64,000 nucleotides of DNA from Actinomycetota bacterium (lineage in GTDB: Bacteria > Actinomycetota > CADDZG01 > WHSQ01): NCBI GenBank assembly GCA_051001455.1, contig JBPCNH010000023.1, forward strand, positions 48,393 to 112,392. Reading direction: 5' to 3'. Position 1 is the first letter of the stretch; each line of letters begins with the position of its first letter. The notes under the pieces are model-generated. The model was not told the DNA's origin. It searched no databases and saw nothing but the letters and a program-made list of their open reading frames with translations. Of the stretch, positions 10,114 to 19,411 are shown piece by piece. The position numbers were made by a program, and so were the translations under genes.

Positions 10114-10458
10114 TCAGCCCTCTGCGCCGGATACAGCTGCGTCCACAGAGTCGTGGATCGGGAACACCTTGGTGAGGCCGGTGATCTTGAAGATCTTGAG
10201 GATCTTGTCCTGCGTACACACGAGCGCCAGGTTCCCATCGTGAGCCTTCACCCGCTTCAGGGCTCCGACCAGCACGCCGAGTCCGGTCGAGTCGAGGAAG
10301 TCCACGCCCTCGAGGTTGACCACGACGTTGTAGGAGCCTTCCGAGACGAGCTCGATCAGCTTCTCTCGCAGCTTGGGCGCCGTGTAAACGTCGATCTCGC
10401 CCTTGACGTCGACGACCGAATGATCGCCGACGGAGCTGACATCCAAACCAAGTTCCAT
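10114..10458 (-). CDS. Anti-sigma factor antagonist (STAS domain)
   Basis: [32 protein letters not shown]...[17 protein letters not shown] is a classic SpoIIAA/RsbV pattern. The ATG at 10458 has a GAGGAGG about 9 nt upstream. Confidence 0.85.
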   Translation of the reverse strand: MELGLDVSSVGDHSVVDVKGEIDVYTAPKLREKLIELVSEGSYNVVVNLEGVDFLDSTGLGVLVGALKRVKAHDGNLALVCTQDKILKIFKITGLTKVFPIHDSVDAAVSGAEG

Positions 10459-10640
10459 GACCACGCGCCTCCTCTGAGAGAATCGTTGTGCAAGCCTCGA
10501 AGCGCCCAGGTCGAGACGGGCGCCACGGGCCAGGCAACAGAATCCTAGCCGCGACCCCCGCGGTTGGATTGCCGTTACCCAACTGCCGCCCTTAGTTAAC
10601 TTGAGTGGGAGCGGTCGGACCGCAGCCCAGGGAGTACAAC

Positions 10641-11255
10641 ATGAGCGTAGTGATGCCTTTTCATAGAAAGACCCGTTTCGCCTTAGGCGCGGCCGCCGTC
10701 CTAGGGAGCCTTTGCGTGGTCATCCTGGCCCTGCAAAAGACCGGAACACTGTCCGTTTCAACCCTTGGAGGAAACGACCGGGGACCCGTTGAGGTGGTCG
10801 ACCAAGCGGCCGAGCAGGCACCGTGGCGGGTACGGGTGTTCCCGGCCGGGACCGGAGGACGAGCCGCTCCCGCGCAGACGAAAGCCGTGAGCAAACAACG
10901 CGATGCCGTCGAGGAGACGGTCACCTCGGTGTACGACGCCTTGTTACTCCAGCCGGCAGCGATCGAAACCATGGGCGGGAAAGAGCTAGGACCGGGCGTG
11001 GGGGCGGCGCTCGAGCGCTCCAAGCTATCGCCTTCCGCGGAGATCTCCGACCTCCAGACCACCAGGCGACATGCCCGGATAGGGATCCAAGCAGACGGGG
11101 GCAGGCATGCTGCCGCCCGCCTCAAGATCACCGCGAAGGCTCAGGTAGATGGGGACCCGATCCGGTTCCGACAAGAGATCACCATGTGGCTGGAGCGCAC
11201 CGGGAAGCGATGGAAAGTGGTCGCTTTCGAAGGCTCTCAGAGGCAGCTCCGATGA
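10641..11255 (+). CDS. Hypothetical membrane-anchored protein
   Basis: ATG at 10641 and an N-terminal TM helix ([19 protein letters not shown]). Stop overlaps the LCP gene start (ATGA). No family recognised. Confidence 0.5.
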   Translation: MSVVMPFHRKTRFALGAAAVLGSLCVVILALQKTGTLSVSTLGGNDRGPVEVVDQAAEQAPWRVRVFPAGTGGRAAPAQTKAVSKQRDAVEETVTSVYDALLLQPAAIETMGGKELGPGVGAALERSKLSPSAEISDLQTTRRHARIGIQADGGRHAAARLKITAKAQVDGDPIRFRQEITMWLERTGKRWKVVAFEGSQRQLR

Positions 11256-12133
11256 AGCTCCGAACCATCGCACTCATGCTCACGATCGGATCGATCGTCG
11301 CCCTCTGGCCGGTACTTGGGCCAACACCCCGAACGGCCGCGGCCCCGATCAAGCTCGGCAAGGTCCACGAGGGTTACCAACCCCTCAAAGGAAAGATCTT
11401 CGTTCTCTTGATAGGGCATGACGCGCGCCCCGGCGAGACACGGGCCCGGGCCGACGGCATCCACATCGCCGGGATAAACACGGAGACGATGACAGGAGGG
11501 ATCCTGAATTTCCCCCGGGACTCGTGGGTGAACATCCCGGGGTGGGGATCGGCTCGCATCAACGATGCGCTTTACATCGGAGGACCGGAACGGCTGGCCG
11601 AGACCCTCGAGGACCTCACCGGAATCACGATCGACTACTGGGTCATGGCCGGTTTCGAGCAGTTCCAATCGTTGGTCGAGGACCTCGGTGGGATCCGTAT
11701 GAACGTTCCTACCGCCGTGTACGACCGTGGGGGGTCGGGCGCGCAGCTGGACGCGGGGATGCAGAAACTGAAGGGCTATGAAGCACTCGCCTATGCCCGG
11801 GCGAGGAAACCCTTCTCGGATGGAGATGTCGTCCGCACCACGAACCAGGCTCGCATCTTCATCGCCGCCCTGAAAAAACTGCGGCAAGAGGTGGGAAACA
11901 ATCCTGCGGCCTTACTGAGGTGGATGTCCGTGATCAGAGAGCACGCGGAGCTGGATATGTCCGCCAGCGACACCTTCAGGCTCGGGGTCGTGCTATCTCA
12001 ACTCTCTGCCAAGAAGGTCGGGAACGTCACGATCCCGGTGAACATCGGTATGGCCGGAAGCGCAAGTGTCGTCTTCATCTCACCGCAAGCGCGCCCGATC
12101 TATGCCCGCTTCAAGCGAACCGGGAGTTTGTAA
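11252..12133 (+). CDS. LytR-CpsA-Psr (LCP) family cell-envelope phosphotransferase
   Basis: Signal/[20 protein letters not shown], then FVLLIGHDARPGE...RADGIHIAGIN...INDALYIGGPERL...YEALAYARARK. These are LCP-family hallmarks. Confidence 0.8.
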   Translation: MKLRTIALMLTIGSIVALWPVLGPTPRTAAAPIKLGKVHEGYQPLKGKIFVLLIGHDARPGETRARADGIHIAGINTETMTGGILNFPRDSWVNIPGWGSARINDALYIGGPERLAETLEDLTGITIDYWVMAGFEQFQSLVEDLGGIRMNVPTAVYDRGGSGAQLDAGMQKLKGYEALAYARARKPFSDGDVVRTTNQARIFIAALKKLRQEVGNNPAALLRWMSVIREHAELDMSASDTFRLGVVLSQLSAKKVGNVTIPVNIGMAGSASVVFISPQARPIYARFKRTGSL

Positions 12134-12164
12134 GAAGTGGGCGGCCGCCGCGGACCGCTCTGGA

Positions 12165-13742
12165 CTACCTGAAGTCGACGAAGGCGGCGAAATCCTCCAC
12201 CGACAAGGGTTTCCCGGTGGCCTGCTCGATCAGCGCGTCCCATCGCATGGAGTTCCCCGGTTTGAAGAGCCGCTCGACCAAGAACTCGCCTGCATCCTGC
12301 GACCCGACGAGGCCGCCATAATCCCGCTCGGCGGTTGCATGAAGCTGCGACGCCAGCACGTCTCCGAGAAGATAGTTGTGGTAGTAGACGGGGGCGCAGC
12401 CGATGTGGATCTTCGACGCCCAACCTCCGAGCGGGACGTCTTGCGGCGGAACCGTGAGCTGGAAACGCTCGACCAACTCCCACCAGAGCCCATCGAGATC
12501 TGCTTCGGGGTCCGAATACAACTCGCGCTCGAAGAAAGACATGACGAGGATCCATCTCGTTGCCAGTAAGCCCTGCGCTGCGGTGGCCCTCTGTAGATCT
12601 GCAGCGACGGCGGTTACGTCCTCGGCGCTGGCGCCGGCGACCTCGGTCAACCACACCTGGTCCCGAACGAGGCGTCCGCAAAGGAGTGCCATCGCCTCGG
12701 TTACGAATGTGTGAGCCGGTTCTCTCAGCAAGAAAGGAAGGCGCCGCTCTATAGAAACGTCGTAGGCAGCGTGACCGCACTCGTGCAACATCACCTCGAT
12801 CCAACGTTCGCCGGGGACGATGTTGGCGAGGATCCGGACATCGTCCAAACGGTCCACGCTGAGACAGAAGGCATGCTGACATTTCTTTTCTCGTGGATAC
12901 AGATCGCTGTTGGCCAGGACCGAACTTAGATCTATCCCCCAGGCATCGAACGTCTGTAGGGCGAGCGCCGCCGCGTCCTTGCCCTGTAGCGGGCCATCGA
13001 GGCTGATGCCCCCGTCCGGGGGAAGGTTCTGGAAGAAGGGATCGGCGTAGTGCCATGGATAGAGCTGCTCGGTCGCGAAGCGGCGCCGGAGATCCTCGTC
13101 GAGCTCGCTCTTCCACGCCGCATACGGATCGCGCGTGGCGTCATCCAGATCTCCGAGCAGACCGAATAGCCACCCCTCGTCGATCTCTTGTAGCTCGAGC
13201 TCCATCCGGTAGAAATCGGGATATCCCAGAGCTCGAGCCGCGGCGTTACGAACGCGGGCGAGCTCGCGGACGCGCTCGGCCACACGCACGCCGATCTCCT
13301 TCGAGGCCCGCCACGTTTGCTCACGCAGTTCGGCATCGTTCGAAGTCTTGAGGATGGCTTCGACGTCGTTCTCGGTGAGCTCTCGTCCATCTACCTGGGG
13401 CCGGAAGACCGAGAATTCGCTTTCCACGGAGGTGGACAGCCGGACGATCTCCTCGCGTTGAGCCTCGGGCATCTGCTCGCCCGTCATGGCGCGATGAAGG
13501 ATCTGCAGCTGGCGCTTACCGACCTCGTCGTGCAGGTCCTCCCCCAAGCCGTCATTGACCTGCTGCAACAGCGCGGGGTCGCCCATGAAGCGACGGAGCG
13601 CGAGCTCTAGCTCGGCCCTCGTGGCGTCTTTGTCTTCGGTCGCCTCGATCTGCGAATCCCACCACGCCAAGAAGAAAGACTTCTCGAGCTCTGCTATGCG
13701 CGTGTTGAGATTGTCGAGCAACCGGTGTGTACGCTCCGGCAT
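12165..13742 (-). CDS. Gluzincin zinc metallopeptidase (M2/M3-like, HExxH)
   Basis: 525 aa with an HECGH motif followed by TEAMALL (putative third ligand Glu). Overall layout resembles bacterial M2/M3 oligopeptidases. Subfamily not resolved. Confidence 0.65.
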   Translation of the reverse strand: MPERTHRLLDNLNTRIAELEKSFFLAWWDSQIEATEDKDATRAELELALRRFMGDPALLQQVNDGLGEDLHDEVGKRQLQILHRAMTGEQMPEAQREEIVRLSTSVESEFSVFRPQVDGRELTENDVEAILKTSNDAELREQTWRASKEIGVRVAERVRELARVRNAAARALGYPDFYRMELELQEIDEGWLFGLLGDLDDATRDPYAAWKSELDEDLRRRFATEQLYPWHYADPFFQNLPPDGGISLDGPLQGKDAAALALQTFDAWGIDLSSVLANSDLYPREKKCQHAFCLSVDRLDDVRILANIVPGERWIEVMLHECGHAAYDVSIERRLPFLLREPAHTFVTEAMALLCGRLVRDQVWLTEVAGASAEDVTAVAADLQRATAAQGLLATRWILVMSFFERELYSDPEADLDGLWWELVERFQLTVPPQDVPLGGWASKIHIGCAPVYYHNYLLGDVLASQLHATAERDYGGLVGSQDAGEFLVERLFKPGNSMRWDALIEQATGKPLSVEDFAAFVDFR

Positions 13743-13775
13743 CGCCGGTCAGGATAACGGTTACCCCCCTCTTTC

Positions 13776-14438
13776 TTAACGGGTGCCCAAGAGCTCGAAG
13801 TGCCACGGCTCGTGGCTCAGCGGACGATGCAACGGAAGTCCGAGCCGGGTCACCAGCCGAGCCGCCAGGTCGAGGTCGCCCCCGAGGTCCACGGCCAGGC
13901 CTCTCTCGTGCATCGAGGATCCCGGCCGAGCCACCCAATCGTCGGCGCTCTCGGCGGTGCCGTAACGGGCCAGAGCTCGCACCCACAAGGCAGCTTGCAC
14001 GTCAGAGGTGCGGAAACCTGATCGCACTACGACACGCCCTGCGGCAGCTTCGACCAGGCGATCGACCGCGGCCTTTAGCTGTGGGTGCAATCCGGCTGCC
14101 CGCGTCGACGCGATCAAGGGAGCGAACATCCGAGGATCGATGATCGACCTAGCGCGCGCAGTGGCTCCGTCGATACCTACGGTGACCTCCATGGAGGTGG
14201 CGCCCCCTTCACAGCGGCACCCAAGGAGTTCTGCTCCGTTCGCCTCCGCGTAGCGACGCGCAACCTGAGTCGGGATCCCCCGGCCGTACGGAGCAGACTC
14301 TGCGACGGCTGCCAAAGCCGCAGCATCGGCGGCCAGTTGGACACGGGCATCCAGATCCGACGCCGAACCGACCGCGGCGATGAGCGTGCCGACGCCGAGC
14401 GAAAGAGCGGCCACACACGCACACAAGAGAAGGGTCAT
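13776..14438 (-). CDS. Rv3654c-type TadE-like pseudopilin fused to M15B (VanY-like) peptidase domain
   Basis: N-terminus MTLLLCACVAALSLGVGTLIAA...AADAAALAAVAES is TadE-like of the helicase/secretion neighbourhood type. The C-terminus has SGFRTSDVQ, SMHERGLAVD and EPWHFE, the M15 Zn-ligand motifs. Confidence 0.75.
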   Translation of the reverse strand: MTLLLCACVAALSLGVGTLIAAVGSASDLDARVQLAADAAALAAVAESAPYGRGIPTQVARRYAEANGAELLGCRCEGGATSMEVTVGIDGATARARSIIDPRMFAPLIASTRAAGLHPQLKAAVDRLVEAAAGRVVVRSGFRTSDVQAALWVRALARYGTAESADDWVARPGSSMHERGLAVDLGGDLDLAARLVTRLGLPLHRPLSHEPWHFELLGTR

Positions 14439-14815
14439 GGACGCTCGATCCGCATCACGGCGCGCGCCTCCATCTCGACCCTTCGGAAGATCGCGCCCAA
14501 CAACGGCACCCTCCCCGGAGGGTTGTAGGCGACGTGGACCTCGAGTGGAGCGCCCTGAACCCTGCTCTCGGGAGCGGGCGAGACCGCCACGCGCACATCT
14601 TCCAGGCCGCCTGCCTCGGCGGCCTCGATCACCCGGTCCAAGTCATGCTCCACGACCGCCACCCGGGCTGCTTCTCGCGCCGCGTGTACTAGACGCCCCT
14701 GGTCCATGGCGAACATCCCGAGCTCGAAGAGAAGCCCGAGGACAAGAGCGACGAACGGAAGACATAGCGCCAGCTCGACGGTGGTCTGACCGGCGTTACC
14801 CCGAGCGCCGCTCAC
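14435..14815 (-). CDS. TadE-family pilus assembly protein
   Basis: 126 aa. The QTTVELALCLPFVALVLGLLFELG N-terminus is typical of TadE/TadG-like pseudopilins. Translationally coupled on both sides. Confidence 0.75.
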   Translation of the reverse strand: MSGARGNAGQTTVELALCLPFVALVLGLLFELGMFAMDQGRLVHAAREAARVAVVEHDLDRVIEAAEAGGLEDVRVAVSPAPESRVQGAPLEVHVAYNPPGRVPLLGAIFRRVEMEARAVMRIERP

Positions 14816-14994
14816 CCTCCGGCGCGCTCGAGCAGGCCGGACACGATCGTTTCGAACATCCCCGTCAGCACACCCGTCTTGATGAACGCCGCAAGGGTTC
14901 CAACCACCAGGCCCACCACCAGCAGCACCAAGGCATACTCAGCGGTGGTCTGGCCTCCTTCCGAACGGCCTACGAACTTGAGAGCTCGAGCCAC
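14812..14994 (-). CDS. Flp/DUF4244-like small pilin
   Basis: 60-aa product VARALKFVGRSEGGQTTAEYALVLLVVGLVVG... with a G/xxxEY-type Flp motif. GTG at 14994 is preceded by AGGAGG at about 7 nt. The longer track ORF (to 15225) is rejected. Confidence 0.65.
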   Translation of the reverse strand: MARALKFVGRSEGGQTTAEYALVLLVVGLVVGTLAAFIKTGVLTGMFETIVSGLLERAGG

Positions 14995-15086
14995 GTCGCA
15001 CCTCCTGACATAGGACCGGCGGTTCGCCGGCGTCTTCCGCCATCGGAGCGCGCGTGGAGAAGGCGCGTTGTGACCACAGTCACGCG

Positions 15087-15617
15087 TCAATCGTTGAAGA
15101 GTTTGTTCCTCTCGTTGTGCACGATGTGGATGTCGTCGCCCTGCTCGATGCCCCATTCGGCGAACTCCCCCTGCTCGACCTCGAGCGCGCCGAAGTACGA
15201 GACCCCGGGGTCGTACGACTCGCAAGGATCGGCCTCACACGGATCCATGTCGAGGATCTCGAGGATCGTGCCTTCCTTGTCGAAGAACGCGATGGACAGT
15301 GGCGTGAGCGTGTCTTTCATCCAGAAGCCACCGCTGTTCCCCTCGAAGAATATGAAAGCCATCCCCTCTCGATGGCCCAGACAGGTCCGGTGCATCAACC
15401 CCTGAGCTTGTTGCTCGGGAGTTTCGGCGATCTCGAGGTCGAGAAGTACCGATCCTTCATCTCCCTTGAGGATGGCGCGCCCCGTATAGAAATCAGGGTC
15501 CGGAGCGGGAACGGTCGCCTTGGCATCGCAGTCGTCGGCGGGCGCGGCTGCATCGTCCGAACCGCCACAGGCGGTCGCGAGCAGCAGGGCGACACAAAGA
15601 GCCGGCAATCGAGTCAT
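15087..15617 (-). CDS. DUF192-domain lipoprotein
   Basis: ATG at 15617. Lipobox LLLATAC-GG, then the GLMHR...GMAFIF...FWMKDTLTPLSIAFFD pattern characteristic of DUF192. Confidence 0.7.
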   Translation of the reverse strand: MTRLPALCVALLLATACGGSDDAAAPADDCDAKATVPAPDPDFYTGRAILKGDEGSVLLDLEIAETPEQQAQGLMHRTCLGHREGMAFIFFEGNSGGFWMKDTLTPLSIAFFDKEGTILEILDMDPCEADPCESYDPGVSYFGALEVEQGEFAEWGIEQGDDIHIVHNERNKLFND

Positions 15618-15631
15618 GGATGACCACTTTC

Positions 15632-16633
15632 TCACCCCGAGCCGGTAATGCTTCGCAGGAAGGGTCCGAGCCCGAGCAGCACGCAGGCCGGCAGGATGCA
15701 GAGCGTCAAGGGCAACGCCATGCGAACGGGCGCCTTTCGGAGGTCCATCTCGAAGCGAGAACGCTCGCGCTGCTCCACCGTCGTCGCGAACCGGCGGAGG
15801 AATGTCTCGGCCGGCAATCCCCGTTCCGTGAGTGAACGCACCAGGGAGCCGAACGCCCTGAGATCCGGGTCCTCGCACGCACCCAGAGCTTCCCGCCACG
15901 GCGCGCCGAGACGAGAACGGGCACGGGCCCGGAGCAACTCTGGATGGCGCGACGCTCCGGCCGCCGTGTCCAACGCCGATCGCATACCGGCGCCACAGCG
16001 GATCTCGGTGGCGACGACCTCGGCAAGGTGAGCGACCGGATGGCGCGCCGGAAGGCACGGGACCAGCCGGGACATCCAGCGCGCCCCCGCGAGCGAAAGA
16101 CCGATGCCCGCCACGGCGAGGAAGCCATCCATCCCGGCCACCTCGAGTGAACCGGAACCGGCCACCAGCGGGATGGTTCCGAGCGGCATCAACCCGACGA
16201 TGCGTGCCGATAGGCGCATGCCCGACACGTGGGCGGCGATCGACCGTTGCTCTTCATCGCGACGGCGCAAGCGGTTCGCTTCGTCGAGCAGAGCCGATCC
16301 GATCGCCATCGCGCTTCGGTGATGGATGTGCGCCACACTTGGAGCCAGGGACGGCTCGGCTTCGAGCGCGGGCTGCACCGGCGCGCCGAGGCATACACGG
16401 CGCGCCACCCTCTCGCATGCGAACCGCAGGCTCAGCGGGACATGATCCGGCCACTCGACAACGGCGCGCCGCAACGACCGATGGTCCAAGAGACCGGCCA
16501 AGGCCTCGAGCGCCGCGGCGACCTCTAGCAGTGGAGCCCGTGCGTAGACGGGTCGTCGCACGGCCCACCGTGACGGTGCGGCCCTCCACCACCGGAGCGG
16601 ACTACAGAGAAGCTGGCGCATCGTCGATCGCAA
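15632..16633 (-). CDS. Type II secretion system F-family membrane protein (TadB/TadC-like, apparently fused)
   Basis: 333 aa. The C-terminal APVRMALPLTLCILPACVLLGLGPFL is T2SSF-like. One ORF occupies the place of the usual Rv3657c/Rv3658c pair. Start uncertain (16633 or 16621). Confidence 0.6.
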   Translation of the reverse strand: MRSTMRQLLCSPLRWWRAAPSRWAVRRPVYARAPLLEVAAALEALAGLLDHRSLRRAVVEWPDHVPLSLRFACERVARRVCLGAPVQPALEAEPSLAPSVAHIHHRSAMAIGSALLDEANRLRRRDEEQRSIAAHVSGMRLSARIVGLMPLGTIPLVAGSGSLEVAGMDGFLAVAGIGLSLAGARWMSRLVPCLPARHPVAHLAEVVATEIRCGAGMRSALDTAAGASRHPELLRARARSRLGAPWREALGACEDPDLRAFGSLVRSLTERGLPAETFLRRFATTVEQRERSRFEMDLRKAPVRMALPLTLCILPACVLLGLGPFLRSITGSG

Positions 16634-17627
16634 CGACGCGCCGAACGCCCTCGACCCGTTCGAGCTGGACGATCAAGTCAAAGGCGTCGACGATTTGAGC
16701 ACGCAACGAGTCCTCCGACGCGCCCGAGCGTGCCGTCAGAGCGAGGTCCGTCAAGCGGCGCAGAGCGCCCTGAGGGGAATGGGCATGGATGCTCACCATC
16801 GAACCCCTATGACCTGTCGCGAAAGCCATGCACGCGTCGAACGCCTCCGCGCCGCGCACCTCGCCGATCACGATGCGGTCCGGACGCATCCGTAGGGCGG
16901 CTCTGACCAGAACGTGCATCGGCACGGCGCCCCTGCCTTCGAGGTTGGGTCGGCGAGCGAGCAGCGATACAACGTGCGCATCAGCTCTGAGCTCGGGCGT
17001 CTCCTCGATAGTCACGACCCGTTCGTGCTCCGGAACGATGGCGAGTAGCGCGCTCAGAAGCGTGGTCTTCCCCGTGCCGGTCGCACCCGACAGAGCGATC
17101 GATCGGCCGGCCGTCACGGCCTCGCGCAGGATCCGGTCCTGGTCCTCGGTGATCATGCTTCGGGCACGGAGCGAACCTAGATCGAGTGGTCGCCGCGAGA
17201 AGCGGCGGATCGACACCAATGGACCATCGGGTGCAACGGGCGCGACAACCGCGTGGATCCGCGATCCGTCTAACAAGCGCGCGTCGGCTATCGGATGTGC
17301 GGCATCGATACGCTCGCCGGCGTCTCCGATCCACCGCTCGACAAAGTCCTCGAGCTCGGTCCGTGATCCGAATCGGGCGCAAGCACGCCTCAAAACGCCG
17401 TCTCTTTCGATCCACACGTCATCCGGTCCGTTGACGAGGATGTCGGTAACCGCATCGTCGGCCATATGGACGGTGAGGGGCCCGAATCCGTCGATATCGT
17501 CGTGAATCTCGTTGAGGATCGTTCCGTCACCGCCGACGAGACTCTTCAATCGCAGCCTGCGCTCGGCGGCATCGAGAAGAGCCAGATCTTCATGAGCGAG
17601 GACGATCTCGCGCGCGAGCGCCCTCAT
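16602..17627 (-). CDS. tadA: TadA/CpaF-family secretion ATPase
   Basis: Walker A SGATGTGKTT, Walker B/Asp box VVTIEETPEL, His box. The ATG at 17627 overlaps the stop of the upstream gene (ATGA). The 423-aa track ORF N-terminal extension is rejected. Confidence 0.85.
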   Translation of the reverse strand: MRALAREIVLAHEDLALLDAAERRLRLKSLVGGDGTILNEIHDDIDGFGPLTVHMADDAVTDILVNGPDDVWIERDGVLRRACARFGSRTELEDFVERWIGDAGERIDAAHPIADARLLDGSRIHAVVAPVAPDGPLVSIRRFSRRPLDLGSLRARSMITEDQDRILREAVTAGRSIALSGATGTGKTTLLSALLAIVPEHERVVTIEETPELRADAHVVSLLARRPNLEGRGAVPMHVLVRAALRMRPDRIVIGEVRGAEAFDACMAFATGHRGSMVSIHAHSPQGALRRLTDLALTARSGASEDSLRAQIVDAFDLIVQLERVEGVRRVVAIDDAPASL

Positions 17628-18550
17628 GCGCGTTCGATCCCTTGCGCAACGCGAGTCATCCTGCGCACCCATCTGGTCCATGGACCCGTCAGCAGGCCGA
17701 ACCCATCCTCCACATCCCGAAGCAACGGCGTGCACGGCAGCTCGGCCATCACGCGGCGCTCCAAGAGAGCTTCCACGCCTCGGCGCGTGATCGATCCACC
17801 GCTGCCGGTCCGGTTGATCACGACCCCCCAACGCACATCCGTTCGTCGCAGGCGTCGCTCGGCGGCGGCGCATCCCGGGCGCGTCGGCGGAACCACCAGC
17901 AAGGCGGCGCGCGGACCGAAAGACATCGCGCCGCGCCCTACGTCGACGACCACCACGTCGAAGAGACGCGCCGCCCGCCGGACCACCTCATCGGGCACGC
18001 GGTCACCGCCCTCCGGTGCGAGCAACGACCGAAAACCTCCCCGTACGGGAAGGCTCGCCAGCATCAGGTCCTCGTCGGTCTCGCCGGCGTCCCCCCAGGT
18101 CTTGGATCCGTCGCCTATATCGAAGCGCGCCCTGAAGAACGGTTCTGGACCTGCCTCTGCCAGGCAGACCTTGTTCATGCGACCGAGTCGCTCGGCGAGG
18201 TGGAGAGCGATGGTGCTGCACCCCGCGCCGCCGCTCGCGCCGACGACCGCCACCACCTTGCCGCTGCATCTCTGCGCCAACGCGGCTCGCACGGCATCAA
18301 CGCAATCCACCGGGTGGTCCGGGTCGAAGCAGATGTCATCCGTGCTGGCGTCGCCGAGATCGATGCCTCGCACCACCACTGCGGTGCCGTCCGGGGTCTC
18401 CCTGTGCAGGGAGAACGCCCACCCGGGCTCGTCCTCGAAGGCCTTCACCGCCGCCAGGCGCACCGCCGGATCGTTCGAGACCATCGCCACTTCAGGTCTA
18501 CCCACCGCGCGAGCATCCGCCGCCGCCCCGGGACCCCCTGTGGCGCGCAT
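17624..18550 (-). CDS. ssd: Ssd/CpaE-like ParA-MinD family protein (Rv3660c-like)
   Basis: Deviant Walker A VVAVVGASGGAGCSTIALHLA. Position immediately upstream of tadA and divergent from the HAD-IB gene. Start is either 18550 (ATG) or 18484. Confidence 0.7.
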   Translation of the reverse strand: MRATGGPGAAADARAVGRPEVAMVSNDPAVRLAAVKAFEDEPGWAFSLHRETPDGTAVVVRGIDLGDASTDDICFDPDHPVDCVDAVRAALAQRCSGKVVAVVGASGGAGCSTIALHLAERLGRMNKVCLAEAGPEPFFRARFDIGDGSKTWGDAGETDEDLMLASLPVRGGFRSLLAPEGGDRVPDEVVRRAARLFDVVVVDVGRGAMSFGPRAALLVVPPTRPGCAAAERRLRRTDVRWGVVINRTGSGGSITRRGVEALLERRVMAELPCTPLLRDVEDGFGLLTGPWTRWVRRMTRVAQGIERA

Positions 18551-18575
18551 CACCCGAAGAGGTGACACTAGGTTC

Positions 18576-19394
18576 ATGGAAGCGGCGTTCTTCGATCTCG
18601 ACAAAACGATCATCGCCAGGTCGAGCCCTCTCGCGCTCGGCCGCTCCTTCTTCCGCGAAGGGCTGATCGGGCGCACCTTCCTCCTCAAGTCTCTCTACGC
18701 ACAACTCGTCTTCTATCTGATGGGTGCGGACGACGAGAAGATGGAACGGATGCGTCTCGAAGCGGCGCGTCTCACTGCCGGATGGGAGCAAGAGCGCGTT
18801 AAACAGGTCGTCACCGAAGTCTTGGAAGAGGTCATCTCCCCGCTCATCTACGCGGAAGCTCTCGAGCTGATGCACGACCATCGCGAAGCCGGCCGGCTGG
18901 TCTGCATCGTCTCCTCGTCGCCGACGGAGATCGTCGAGCCGCTGGCCGACCTACTGAGGGTCGACCGTTTCATCGCGACGAGGCCCACGGTCGAGGAGGG
19001 CAAGTACACGGGCGAGCTGGACTTCTATGCCTACGGCCCCTTCAAGGCCGACGCGATCAAGGAGCTCGCGGCCGAGATGGATATCGATCTCGAGGGATCG
19101 TTCGCTTACACGGATTCGGTTACAGACCTTCCGCTGCTCGAGCTCGTGGGGAACCCTGTGTGCGTCAACCCGGACAAAGAGCTACGGAGATTGGCCACCG
19201 AACGCAACTGGCAGGTCGAGTTCTTCCGCGCCCCGGTCCCTTTGCGAGGGCGGTTGCCCCATCTCAAACGCCCCGACATCCTAGAGACCGGCGGAAGGGT
19301 GTTCGCCGCAGTGGGCCTCGCCGGGATGGCAGCGACTATCTGGTGGATCGCCGCCCATAAGAGGACGCGTTCGGCAAAGGACCGCAGTCGGTAA
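18576..19394 (+). CDS. HAD-IB family hydrolase with C-terminal TM helix (Rv3661-like)
   Basis: ATG at 18576. Motif I FFDLDKT, IVSSSP, and motif IV YTDSVTDLPLL. The upstream 370 codons of the 642-aa track ORF are antisense to ssd/tadA and are rejected. Confidence 0.8.
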   Translation: MEAAFFDLDKTIIARSSPLALGRSFFREGLIGRTFLLKSLYAQLVFYLMGADDEKMERMRLEAARLTAGWEQERVKQVVTEVLEEVISPLIYAEALELMHDHREAGRLVCIVSSSPTEIVEPLADLLRVDRFIATRPTVEEGKYTGELDFYAYGPFKADAIKELAAEMDIDLEGSFAYTDSVTDLPLLELVGNPVCVNPDKELRRLATERNWQVEFFRAPVPLRGRLPHLKRPDILETGGRVFAAVGLAGMAATIWWIAAHKRTRSAKDRSR

Positions 19395-19411
19395 ACCCGT
19401 GGTCCGCGGAG

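Noticed and set aside
17466-18575. N-terminal 370 codons of the 642-aa plus-strand ORF upstream of the HAD-IB hydrolase.
   Set aside because: This part is antisense to the tadA and ssd-like genes, Ser/Arg/Pro-rich and has no domain. The HAD motif I (FFDLDKT) begins right after the internal ATG at 18576.
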